Shown one piece after another: positions 1-7,730 of a stretch of DNA of 28,077 nt; position 1 is the first letter of the stretch, and each line of letters starts with the position of its first letter. Location: positions 1 through 28,077 of the IMG/VR virus record IMGVR_UViG_3300037067_017524, one strand, 5' to 3'. The notes under the pieces are model-generated. The model ran no database searches, was not told where the DNA came from, and worked only from the letters and a program-made list of their open reading frames with translations. The DNA is from a virus. The translations under genes and the position numbers were made by a program.

Positions 1-1
1 A

Positions 2-205
2 ATAAACAAAGGAGCTGACGTAAACACAGACGAGGGTTATATGTTATCATTACCTGCACAAAAAGGTTATTATGATATTACTAAAATGTTATTAGACAAC
101 GGTATTAAATTGACAAGAAGAACAAAATATGCAATAAAAATGGCTATTGAAAAAGGACATCAAGATATTGCAGATTTAATAAAGAGTTATGAAAAGTCGA
201 ATTAA
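2..205 (+). CDS. Ankyrin-repeat protein, C-terminal fragment (5' end lies outside the window)
   Basis: Translation in frame 2 gives ...NKGADVNTDEGYMLSLPAQKGYYDITKMLLDNGIKL...KMAIEKGHQDIADLIKSYEKSN*. This is the canonical 33-aa ankyrin consensus (G-ADVN...G-TPLH-A---GH-DIV-LLL--GA). Stop codon at 203-205. Confidence 0.7.
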   Translation: MNKGADVNTDEGYMLSLPAQKGYYDITKMLLDNGIKLTRRTKYAIKMAIEKGHQDIADLIKSYEKSN

Positions 206-266
206 ATTCTATATATAAAAACACAACACCTTTATTTTAATATATAATAAAAATAAAGGTAATGTT

Positions 267-1121
267 ATGATACACAAAGAAACAAAATCACAAAGAAGAA
301 AATCAACAAAACTCGACATTTCACTTGATTGTAAAATGTGTGGAGTTATAGTGAAAAGTAATGCTGGCTTAGCAAGTCATTTAAGATGGGAACATGATGA
401 ATCATATGAGTCATATATTTTGAGATGTTATAATATAGATATAATTAAGTTAGAAGAAGAATATCAATCATATCGAATTAATAATAAGGAAAAAATTAAT
501 AAAGAAATAACTAGGGGGTTAAGAAAACATGCTGAATCATTAAAAGGAAAAACTAAAAAAGAAATTTTAGGAGAAGATAGATATCAAAAATTTCGTGAAT
601 CAATGAAGGGTGTTTTTTCATTAGAATGGTTTATAAAAAAATATGGTGAAGAAGAAGGTCGTATAAAATATCAAGAACGAAGTGTTAATGTATCTAAAAA
701 ATCACATTTTAAGATATATAACCAAACAAATAAAAATAATTGGTCAAATATATCCCAAGAATTATTTCAAAAAATTTATGATATAATTGGTAACAAGTTC
801 AATAACATTTATTTTGCTAAATTGAATCATGAATATTCATGTGGCATTCAGAGCCATAATTTTGATTTTGTTGTACTTGATAATAAAAAAGTAATAGAAT
901 TTCACGGAGATAGATTTCATGCAAATCCCGAATTGTATAAAGAAGATGATATTCCACTGAAATTTTTGAATAAAACATCAAAAGAAATATGGAATGAAGA
1001 CAGAGAAAAATACGATAAAATTAAAAATAAAGGATTTGAGTTAAAGGTCGTTTGGGAAAAAGATTATTTAAAAAACAAAAATGAAACCGTTTTAGATTGT
1101 ATTAAATTTTTATTATCTTAA
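267..1121 (+). CDS. Homing-endonuclease-like protein: N-terminal C2H2-type zinc finger, tandem basic repeats, C-terminal PD-(D/E)XK (DUF559/Vsr-like) nuclease domain
   Basis: CKMCGVIVKSNAGLASHLRWEH fits C-x2-C-x12-H-x4-H. Repeated K/R-rich modules follow. The C-terminus FDFVVLDNKKVIEFHGDRFH...ELKVVWEKDY is paralogous to the nuclease core of ORF 11427-13280 (EFNGVYWH...IHIYEDDW). Confidence 0.6.
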   Translation: MIHKETKSQRRKSTKLDISLDCKMCGVIVKSNAGLASHLRWEHDESYESYILRCYNIDIIKLEEEYQSYRINNKEKINKEITRGLRKHAESLKGKTKKEILGEDRYQKFRESMKGVFSLEWFIKKYGEEEGRIKYQERSVNVSKKSHFKIYNQTNKNNWSNISQELFQKIYDIIGNKFNNIYFAKLNHEYSCGIQSHNFDFVVLDNKKVIEFHGDRFHANPELYKEDDIPLKFLNKTSKEIWNEDREKYDKIKNKGFELKVVWEKDYLKNKNETVLDCIKFLLS

Positions 1122-1137
1122 TATAATATATACAAAC

Positions 1138-1914
1138 ATGATTAGAAAGTATAATTTATTTTTAAACGAAAATACTTATAAGGACGAATTTCTTCGTCTT
1201 TATAATCTCGCACCTCAAACACTAAAACAAATAATTGAAGAGACAAAACAAATTCAACAAAGCCTCGACTGGCATATCGAGGGGGTTGTTTATATACATA
1301 TTCGTTTAGTCACGAACAGATTAGCTAATAATTATCACGATAAAAATCTAAATTTAGCCGGATTCTTCCACGACCTTGGAAAGATTTATGTTACAATACC
1401 AAATGGTAGGGGTGGTTGGTCAGCACATGGCCACGAAGAAAAATCTATATTAATTGTGGATGAATACAAAGATTGGATAAAAGAACAAGGCGGAACACTT
1501 GACATAGTTACGTATATTGTTGAAAATCATATGAAATACAAATACATAGATGAAATGAGATTTCAAGAACAAATAAGATTTATGGACGATGTTTATTTTC
1601 CTTATGTTCAAAAGTTTTCTACAGCTGATATAGGTGGAACAGATTTAAATTGTACTCCAATTGATAATCATGAAGATGTAGTACAAAAGATAGAAGATTT
1701 TAAAAATAAAGAAGAAGAAAACAAAATAATTAAAAAGAAATTTAATGCAAATATGATTATGGATAAATATCCAGATTTAAGAGCTGAAAAACTTGGGAAA
1801 GCATTATCTTTATTTAAACAAAATTATGATAATTTTCGAGACTTTATATTAAATAGTACAACAAAAGATATATTAAAGGACTTTGATGAGTTCATGTTAA
1901 CTCATAAAAATTAA
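1138..1914 (+). CDS. HD-domain metal-dependent phosphohydrolase
   Basis: His...HD...H...D pattern: HIRLVTNRL ... GFFHDLGKIYV ... WSAHGHEEKS ... D. Confidence 0.6.
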   Translation: MIRKYNLFLNENTYKDEFLRLYNLAPQTLKQIIEETKQIQQSLDWHIEGVVYIHIRLVTNRLANNYHDKNLNLAGFFHDLGKIYVTIPNGRGGWSAHGHEEKSILIVDEYKDWIKEQGGTLDIVTYIVENHMKYKYIDEMRFQEQIRFMDDVYFPYVQKFSTADIGGTDLNCTPIDNHEDVVQKIEDFKNKEEENKIIKKKFNANMIMDKYPDLRAEKLGKALSLFKQNYDNFRDFILNSTTKDILKDFDEFMLTHKN

Positions 1915-1986
1915 CATTAGAAGATAACTAATCCAAATAAACTTATTTTAAATTTAAGCATATAATTAGAAAACAAATTACTTATA

Positions 1987-2115
1987 ATGTACAAATCTTG
2001 TTCGATTTGCCACGAAGAGATGATCTATATAAAAACATCTGATGGTGGTTATTGGAAATGTAAACATTGTTCAAACATAGAAATAGATGATTCTACCAAT
2101 AGTAACATACGGTAA
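1987..2115 (+). CDS. Possible small zinc-ribbon protein (42 aa), overlapping the 5' end of def in another frame
   Basis: Manual translation gives MYKSCSICHEEMIYIKTSDGGYWKCKHCSNIEIDDSTNSNIR*. It has two C-x2-C pairs about 20 aa apart. It is short and overlaps def by 29 nt, so it is speculative. Confidence 0.25.
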   Translation: MYKSCSICHEEMIYIKTSDGGYWKCKHCSNIEIDDSTNSNIR

Positions 2116-2617
2116 TCCTACTTTAAGGAAACCGGGACATCAAATTAAGGAGAAAAGTGCTGAACTCGATGAACTTATTGATGATATGTTTCAAACTTTA
2201 CATACCGCAGATGGTGTGGGTTTGACTGCTCAACAAGTGGATAAAATACTATCTTTATTTGTAATTGATTATAATAATGAAGGAAATGAAAATCTGAAAG
2301 AAGTTTTTATTAATCCCGAAATTACCGAATACTCACAAGAAGAAGAATATTTTATAGAATCTTGTTTATCCATTCCGAGACTTAAAGAGGAAGTTAAAAG
2401 ACCTAAATGGATAAAAATAAAATATTTGGATAGAGAATTTAACGAAAAAGAACTTGTCTATGAAGGTCTTTTAGCCAGAATAATTCAACACGAATATGAC
2501 CATTCTAAAGGTATTTTGTATATAGATCATTTACCATCATTAAAGAAAAGACTTATATCAAGTAAACTGCAACAGATATTAAAAAAGAAGTTTGCAGTTC
2601 CATATAGAGTAAAATAA
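2087..2617 (+). CDS. def: Peptide deformylase
   Basis: All three PDF motifs are present: GVGLTAQQV (motif I, G-GLAA-Q), ESCLSIP (motif II, EGCLS), QHEYDHSKG (motif III, QHE-DH). The N-terminus MILPIVTYGNPTLRK is typical of Bacteroidota PDFs. Confidence 0.88.
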   Translation: MILPIVTYGNPTLRKPGHQIKEKSAELDELIDDMFQTLHTADGVGLTAQQVDKILSLFVIDYNNEGNENLKEVFINPEITEYSQEEEYFIESCLSIPRLKEEVKRPKWIKIKYLDREFNEKELVYEGLLARIIQHEYDHSKGILYIDHLPSLKKRLISSKLQQILKKKFAVPYRVK

Positions 2618-2649
2618 TTTGTTTATTTCATTTATTATTTGTATTTTTG
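2618..2649 (+). promoter_or_regulatory. Candidate Bacteroidota sigmaA-type promoter (TTTG-N20-TATTTTTG) inside a 33-nt repeated intergenic element
   Basis: TTTG at 2618-2621 and TAnnTTTG at 2642-2649. It lies 22 nt upstream of the ATG at 2671. The same element recurs at 2944-2975. Confidence 0.45.
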
Positions 2650-2670
2650 TAATCTTAAATATTAAGAAAT

Positions 2671-2943
2671 ATGAAAACAATTAGATATTTTATCGACAAA
2701 TTGTTAAAGAGAGATTTAAAAAAACAAAAAGAATTCATCAATGAACGAATGAAAGAATATGCCATGAATATTGATGAATTTTCTATCGGTCAAGTAGTTA
2801 CTCATTCGGATGGTAGAAAGTGTTTGATAACAAACAAAGCCACCAATAGTATTGAGGTAAAATTGACACGAAAAACAAAACAAGGTATTGATTGTAAACA
2901 GTGGTATGACATGAGATTATTTAACAATACTTTTAAGAAATAA
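2671..2943 (+). CDS. Hypothetical protein (90 aa, basic)
   Basis: ORF flanked by two copies of the promoter-like repeat. No recognisable domain. Confidence 0.5.
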   Translation: MKTIRYFIDKLLKRDLKKQKEFINERMKEYAMNIDEFSIGQVVTHSDGRKCLITNKATNSIEVKLTRKTKQGIDCKQWYDMRLFNNTFKK

Positions 2944-2975
2944 TTTGGTTATTTCATTTATTATTTATATCTTTG
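2944..2975 (+). promoter_or_regulatory. Candidate Bacteroidota sigmaA-type promoter (TTTG-N20-TATCTTTG), second copy of the repeated element
   Basis: TTTG at 2944-2947 and TAnnTTTG at 2968-2975. It shares the 18-mer ttatttcatttattattt with 2618-2649. It lies 24 nt upstream of the ATG at 2999. Confidence 0.45.
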
Positions 2976-2998
2976 TGTTCTAATTAAAACAATAAATT

Positions 2999-3811
2999 AT
3001 GATAGAATTCATTCCGACAACTTGTTACGAATGTGGTGAACCTCTCAAAGTAACCACTGGTAAAAACGGCAAATATAAACTGATGTGTGTCAATACAGAT
3101 TGTTCTGGTATCGCAGTCAAAAAATTCCAAAAAGGTATGCTAGCTTTTGAAATTTCAGGAATTGGTCCAGCAACCTTCAAAAGTCTCTACAATGCAGGTA
3201 TTCGTGACATCGTGGGATTACTCACTATTACACCAGAAGAACTTGTTGCAAGTGGTGAGTTCAAGGATGGTAGAACTCTTGAAAAAATTATGGATTCCAT
3301 CTCATCTATTAAAAATATCAGATTGAGTGCTCTCATTGAATCACTCCAATTTGACAATGTAGGAAATACCATCAGCAAAGAACTTGAAAAATATATCTGT
3401 AATCTTCCTTATAATTTTGCAGGTATTGAATATTCTATCAGAGAAAAAATTGAAGATAAAAATTCTGATATGATGCTAAAAATATTTGAAGTAATCGATA
3501 ATCTTCAGACAATACCTAATATACAATTAATAACACCCATATCAAATAATATACAAACTAATACAGAAAATGTTATGAAAACAAGAATCATGGAAATGAC
3601 TGGTTCACCAAAAGAATTTGGTTTTGATACCAAAAAAGATTTTGTTACAGCTGTTGCTCCTTATGGAATAGTTGCAGGAACACTCAACAAAGATTGTTCT
3701 TTCTTAGTTACTGATGATTTATCATCCACAACTTCTAAGATGGAAAAGGCTACTAAACTTGGTGTACAAATTGTCACCTACGGTCAGTTAATTGAAATGT
3801 TAAATAAATAA
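2999..3811 (+). CDS. Stand-alone NAD-dependent DNA ligase C-terminal module (Cys4 Zn finger + HhH array + BRCT). No adenylation or OB domains
   Basis: CYECGEPLKV...YKLMCVNTDCSG matches the LigA Zn finger (CPVCGS...RCTGGLIC). GIGPATFKSLYNAGIRDIVGLLTITPEEL...LEKIMDSI aligns with the LigA HhH region. MTGSPKEFGFDTKKDFVTAVAPYGIVAGTLNKDCSFLVTDD...KLGVQIVTYGQLIEML matches the LigA BRCT domain (LTGSL...[21 protein letters not shown]...ELGIEVIDEAEMLRLL). Confidence 0.75.
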   Translation: MIEFIPTTCYECGEPLKVTTGKNGKYKLMCVNTDCSGIAVKKFQKGMLAFEISGIGPATFKSLYNAGIRDIVGLLTITPEELVASGEFKDGRTLEKIMDSISSIKNIRLSALIESLQFDNVGNTISKELEKYICNLPYNFAGIEYSIREKIEDKNSDMMLKIFEVIDNLQTIPNIQLITPISNNIQTNTENVMKTRIMEMTGSPKEFGFDTKKDFVTAVAPYGIVAGTLNKDCSFLVTDDLSSTTSKMEKATKLGVQIVTYGQLIEMLNK

Positions 3812-3815
3812 GAAT

Positions 3816-4274
3816 ATGAAAAAACTAATTATTTTATTACTTGTTATTATCGGATTGTGGTCATGTAAGAAAGAAACTCCGTGTACTATTACCGATGATA
3901 TCGATCAATTGAAACAGACTAAAAGTGAATATCAGAATGAAATAAGGAATTTTGTTGAAATCAGAGGAAAAATAGTTCATGAAATTGATTCACTCACTGC
4001 CGTTTTAAAAATAATTGATATTTATAAATCTGGCAGAATACCACAATATATTCTTAAAATACATCTAAAACAAAGTCATATAACACTCGATTTAGGCAAA
4101 GTAATAAAAGATCATATGAACACAGTTGATTTTGAACTTCCAGTTGATAAATTATTTTATGACCAAGTTCAAGTTGGTACTTCAATCGTTGATGATTTCA
4201 GAATGGGTTCATTCATACTAAGTGGTAGTATAGGTAGTTGGGATATGACAGTATCGGGAAAAGAAATACGATAA
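3816..4274 (+). CDS. Putative lipoprotein
   Basis: N-terminus MKKLIILLLVIIGLWSC is a signal peptide with a lipobox-like LWSC. Confidence 0.55.
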   Translation: MKKLIILLLVIIGLWSCKKETPCTITDDIDQLKQTKSEYQNEIRNFVEIRGKIVHEIDSLTAVLKIIDIYKSGRIPQYILKIHLKQSHITLDLGKVIKDHMNTVDFELPVDKLFYDQVQVGTSIVDDFRMGSFILSGSIGSWDMTVSGKEIR

Positions 4275-4277
4275 AAC

Positions 4278-4454
4278 ATGAAAATATTAATCATTTATTA
4301 TTTAATCGGAGTAATCGTATCACTATATTTCATATGGTGGTATCGTTTGACTGACAGAACTGCACCCAAAAATACTGATGCATTGGGTGGATTAATTGGA
4401 CCTTGGGTATGGCCTTTTCAGATTATACTTCATTTGAAACGAAATAAAAAATAA
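4278..4454 (+). CDS. Small hydrophobic membrane protein (58 aa)
   Basis: Manual translation gives MKILIIYYLIGVIVSLYFIWWYRLTDRTAPKNTDALGGLIGPWVWPFQIILHLKRNKK*. It has two predicted transmembrane segments and starts 3 nt after the stop of the lipoprotein gene. Confidence 0.4.
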   Translation: MKILIIYYLIGVIVSLYFIWWYRLTDRTAPKNTDALGGLIGPWVWPFQIILHLKRNKK

Positions 4455-4765
4455 AGTGGTTGTTACTTAAAATCTTAAGTAACGTAAAATCAATAAAAGT
4501 AAAATAAATAATTAAACTTTAAAAAAGTTGAATAAATTATTAAAATAGGCTGTCGTACAACCGAATTTACGCTTTTGGAGATGATATAAGACATTAATAA
4601 TTAAATATTTATATTTAGTTTAAAATGCAATTGTCAATGAATTAAGAAGGAAAAATACATATAATTTTTTGTAGATTTTTTCATACGATGCAAATTACAT
4701 CCGGAATTAAGAGAAAAAGAAAGAGAACACACCATTGAATTTTGTAAAAAAAATAATATTAAACT

Positions 4766-4921
4766 ATGAAAGATAAAAAATTTAAAGCAGTAAAAGTAAA
4801 ATGTCACTGTCCTTGTCACACTCACAGTGGGGTCAAACATGTTAGACCGTGTTGTAACGGTGGATACCGAGATACATATGTACCAGATGAAAATAATAAA
4901 AACGACAAAAATAAAAACTAA
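4766..4921 (+). CDS. Possible small Cys/His-rich peptide (51 aa)
   Basis: Manual translation gives MKDKKFKAVKVKCHCPCHTHSGVKHVRPCCNGGYRDTYVPDENNKNDKNKN*. It forms a locally GC-richer island in an otherwise A/T-only 630-nt spacer. The track's overlapping minus-strand ORF 4634-4963 is low-complexity and probably spurious. Confidence 0.3.
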   Translation: MKDKKFKAVKVKCHCPCHTHSGVKHVRPCCNGGYRDTYVPDENNKNDKNKN

Positions 4922-5085
4922 TAAATATGAAAAGATTAATAGAATTTTTATCTTGGACACCAATGGGTTATTATATTGTACCGTTTATTTATAAATTAAA
5001 AAAAAAATAATTTATGGCTGTTTTGCAATGGATTTGTTATAACAACAGAATTATTAATAATTATAATCTTGGTAATATTTAAATT

Positions 5086-5598
5086 ATGATAAATCCCTTT
5101 TATAAACCATCATTGTTAAAATGGATTAAGAAAATGTTTCTTCATGCCGAATCTAAGGAATGGTATGAAACATATTTTTTATTTGATTTACACGGTGTTA
5201 TATCTAGACCAGATTATCGTAAAACTATAAAAGAGATAGATTATTATCCATATGCTAAAGAAACATTACAGTATATTTCAATAAACAGACCAGATGTAAT
5301 TATGATTCTTTTTACTTCATCTTATCCAGATGAAATAAAAAAATATATGGACACATTCGAGAGGGATGGAATAAAATTTAAATATATCAATGAAAATCCA
5401 GAAATTTCTGATGCAACTGGATGTTTTGGATATTATTATCAGAAACCGTATTTCAACGTCCTCTTCGATGACAAAGCGGGTTTCGATTCTTTAAAGGATT
5501 GGAAACCGATATATAACTATTTCCGAAAAACAAAATATAGACCCGACCCAAATTGGACATTTAAGAAGAAAGAATCCTATCATAAAATCCAAAGTTGA
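5086..5598 (+). CDS. HAD-superfamily (NT5C-like 5'-deoxynucleotidase-like) protein with a variant motif I
   Basis: FLFDLHGVI aligns with HAD motif I (DxDGV), but D-L-H replaces D-x-D. NVLFDDKAG resembles NT5C motif IV (LIDDRP). Confidence 0.4.
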   Translation: MINPFYKPSLLKWIKKMFLHAESKEWYETYFLFDLHGVISRPDYRKTIKEIDYYPYAKETLQYISINRPDVIMILFTSSYPDEIKKYMDTFERDGIKFKYINENPEISDATGCFGYYYQKPYFNVLFDDKAGFDSLKDWKPIYNYFRKTKYRPDPNWTFKKKESYHKIQS

Positions 5599-5620
5599 TA
5601 TTACACTTTGGATTTTTTTA
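5587..5620 (+). terminator. Rho-independent terminator overlapping the stop codon
   Basis: atccaaagt (5587-5595) / actttggat (5605-5613) form a 9-bp stem with a 9-nt loop, followed by a run of 7 T. Confidence 0.5.
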
Positions 5621-5660
5621 TTTTAATAATTAAATATATACTAAAAACATAACCCTCACA

Positions 5661-7151
5661 ATGGATATATTAAAAACATTTATCAGCTTGACCGATTATA
5701 CATATGGATTTGGTGAAGAGGCTGAATTGCTACCCAAGCTACCCAAGGACTTAAAAGAAGATTCTCAGGGAAATTATTATATGGAAATCGGTGAAACTGA
5801 ATCAATGTTCTGTTGTCACTTAGATACTGCTGCATGGGAAAAGGAAAAAGTTACTCATGATGTGTTTACAACTAAAAAGGGAGATACTGGTGTTGGTACA
5901 AGTGGTGATACTATCCTAGGTGCAGATGATAAAGCTGGTGTTGTCATTTTAATGAATATGATAGAGCATAATATACCCGGACTTTATTATTTTTTCATCG
6001 GTGAAGAAAGTGGTGGAGTGGGCTCAAAGGGTATCGTAAGAAGAGAACCAAAAAAATTCGAAAAATATAAAAGATGTATTGCATTTGACCGTAGAGATTA
6101 TGGATCTATTATAACAAAACAAATGGGTCGAGCTTGTTGTTCAGAAAAATTTGCTGATGCTTTAATTGCTCAATTTGATGCAGCTAACATGCCACACAAA
6201 CAAGATCCCTTTGGTGTTTATACTGACTCTGCTAATTTTGTTGATATTATATCAGAATGTACTAACCTATCAGTAGGATATTTCAATGAACATAGCATAA
6301 GTGAAGTTATAAATATAACATATTTGGAAGAATTATGTGAAGCAACATTGAAAGTAAAATGGGAAGAATTACCTGCAGTTCGTGAGATAAAATCATTAGA
6401 CTCACCTAACCCAGTGAGAGGACAGAAAAGAGCAGGAGATTTGGATGACGATACTTTAGAAGAAATATTTTTTGATGTCGATGATTTATTAGAAGAAATA
6501 ATTCATATGTATTGTTTTAATTTTGATAATTTCATGCCGGAAAAAGAAATGATTTATTTAGATTATTATAATGATTATAGAAAGTTATCTGTTTATATTC
6601 ATGAAAATGGTTCAATAACAATAGGTAAAAGTAAATTTGAAACTTACGAACATTTAGTTACTGAATTGAAAAAATACCATAATTTTAATTTAGAAAAAAT
6701 ACAATCTAAACGAAAAAAATCAGAAGAAGAGGAAGAAGTGCCTAGTAATGCAGATGAATATCATGATTGGATTACTAAAAGTTCTCAAAAAGATGAAGAA
6801 CCACCTTGGTGGACTCAAGAAAACGATGATGAATTCAATGATGATGACGATATTAATATAGATTATTTTGAAATAACTAATAATGTTCAATATAAAGATT
6901 TAGGTAAGTCCTTTACTAAAGGTATGGACATTCAAGATTTTATTTTTGAAGTACTGAGTGTGGCTTACGAGAAAGGAACTAAATACATACTACCAGAAGA
7001 AATGATTAAAATACTCAATTCCAAAAATAAAACTAAGGAATCATTCATAATGTGGTTAAAAGATAGAGGTAATAATCCAGATAAAACCTATGGGTTATCT
7101 TGGAATCAAGGAAAAAGAGTATTTCAAATAGACGTTGACGATTTACAATGA
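5661..7151 (+). CDS. M20/M42-type metallopeptidase-like protein with an acidic C-terminal extension
   Basis: FCCHLDTAAW (HxD metal ligand), ILGADDKAGVVILM (GADDKAG signature), IGEESGGVGSKG (Glu-Glu catalytic/metal pair). Residues about 250-400 are strongly acidic (DE-rich). Confidence 0.6.
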   Translation: MDILKTFISLTDYTYGFGEEAELLPKLPKDLKEDSQGNYYMEIGETESMFCCHLDTAAWEKEKVTHDVFTTKKGDTGVGTSGDTILGADDKAGVVILMNMIEHNIPGLYYFFIGEESGGVGSKGIVRREPKKFEKYKRCIAFDRRDYGSIITKQMGRACCSEKFADALIAQFDAANMPHKQDPFGVYTDSANFVDIISECTNLSVGYFNEHSISEVINITYLEELCEATLKVKWEELPAVREIKSLDSPNPVRGQKRAGDLDDDTLEEIFFDVDDLLEEIIHMYCFNFDNFMPEKEMIYLDYYNDYRKLSVYIHENGSITIGKSKFETYEHLVTELKKYHNFNLEKIQSKRKKSEEEEEVPSNADEYHDWITKSSQKDEEPPWWTQENDDEFNDDDDINIDYFEITNNVQYKDLGKSFTKGMDIQDFIFEVLSVAYEKGTKYILPEEMIKILNSKNKTKESFIMWLKDRGNNPDKTYGLSWNQGKRVFQIDVDDLQ

Positions 7152-7181
7152 AAAAAGGAAGTTTTTTACTTCCTTTTTTTA
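7151..7181. terminator. Bidirectional rho-independent terminator between convergent genes
   Basis: aaaaaaggaagt-ttttt-acttccttttttt is a perfect 8-bp GC-containing stem (7155-7162 / 7168-7175) flanked by an A-run on one side and a T-run on the other. Confidence 0.7.
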
Positions 7182-7730
7182 TTCTTTTAAAGATTTTATT
7201 TTATCACGAATTTCTGCTGCTTGCATATAATCTTCTTCTTGAACACACTCAATCATTTTATCGTTCAATACTTTTATCTTAATACTATTGTATTCAGTAT
7301 TATGTGAATTATAATTTTTTATCAAATCATAGAATGATTCTCTATACTGATACATTATAGAATTAATATATTCTTTAAAACTATGTTCACTACCTATAAA
7401 TTGTATAAGAGTCTGTTTTATTTCTTCGTTTTGATTTTTATCTATCTCATCTAATTTTTCATAAATATGATAAAATTCTTTTATCATTATATGAAAAAAA
7501 CTTCGTGGAATATTTAATGTTAAATATTGATTTGTGTTTTCTAACGTACCTTCAGCAATAAGTATTCCATTCTGATTGAACACATTGGGATTATTAGCTA
7601 ATATGTTAGTTATGAAATATATAAGTATGGGATTTTGTTTATCTAGTTTTTTTTGATTCCACAAACCCATGATACTCATGTAATTTATTACAATCTTGTT
7701 GATTCTTTTAATGGTAGCTTCTTTCATCAT
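7179..7730 (-). CDS. Hypothetical protein with a C-terminal UVR-like motif
   Basis: The C-terminus ...CVQEEDYMQAAEIRDKIKSLKE resembles the UvrB/UvrC UVR domain consensus (EE-yE-AA-lRD-I--L). Confidence 0.45.
   Translation of the reverse strand: MMKEATIKRINKIVINYMSIMGLWNQKKLDKQNPILIYFITNILANNPNVFNQNGILIAEGTLENTNQYLTLNIPRSFFHIMIKEFYHIYEKLDEIDKNQNEEIKQTLIQFIGSEHSFKEYINSIMYQYRESFYDLIKNYNSHNTEYNSIKIKVLNDKMIECVQEEDYMQAAEIRDKIKSLKE

Noticed and set aside
3187-3378. 63-aa minus-strand ORF inside the ligase-like gene
   Set aside because: Antisense to a CDS with colinear LigA homology.
4634-4963. 109-aa minus-strand ORF in the long AT spacer
   Set aside because: The translation is low-complexity (runs of F/I/L/Y) and is generated by the A/T homopolymer composition. 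It sits opposite a more plausible plus-strand micro-ORF and has no start context.
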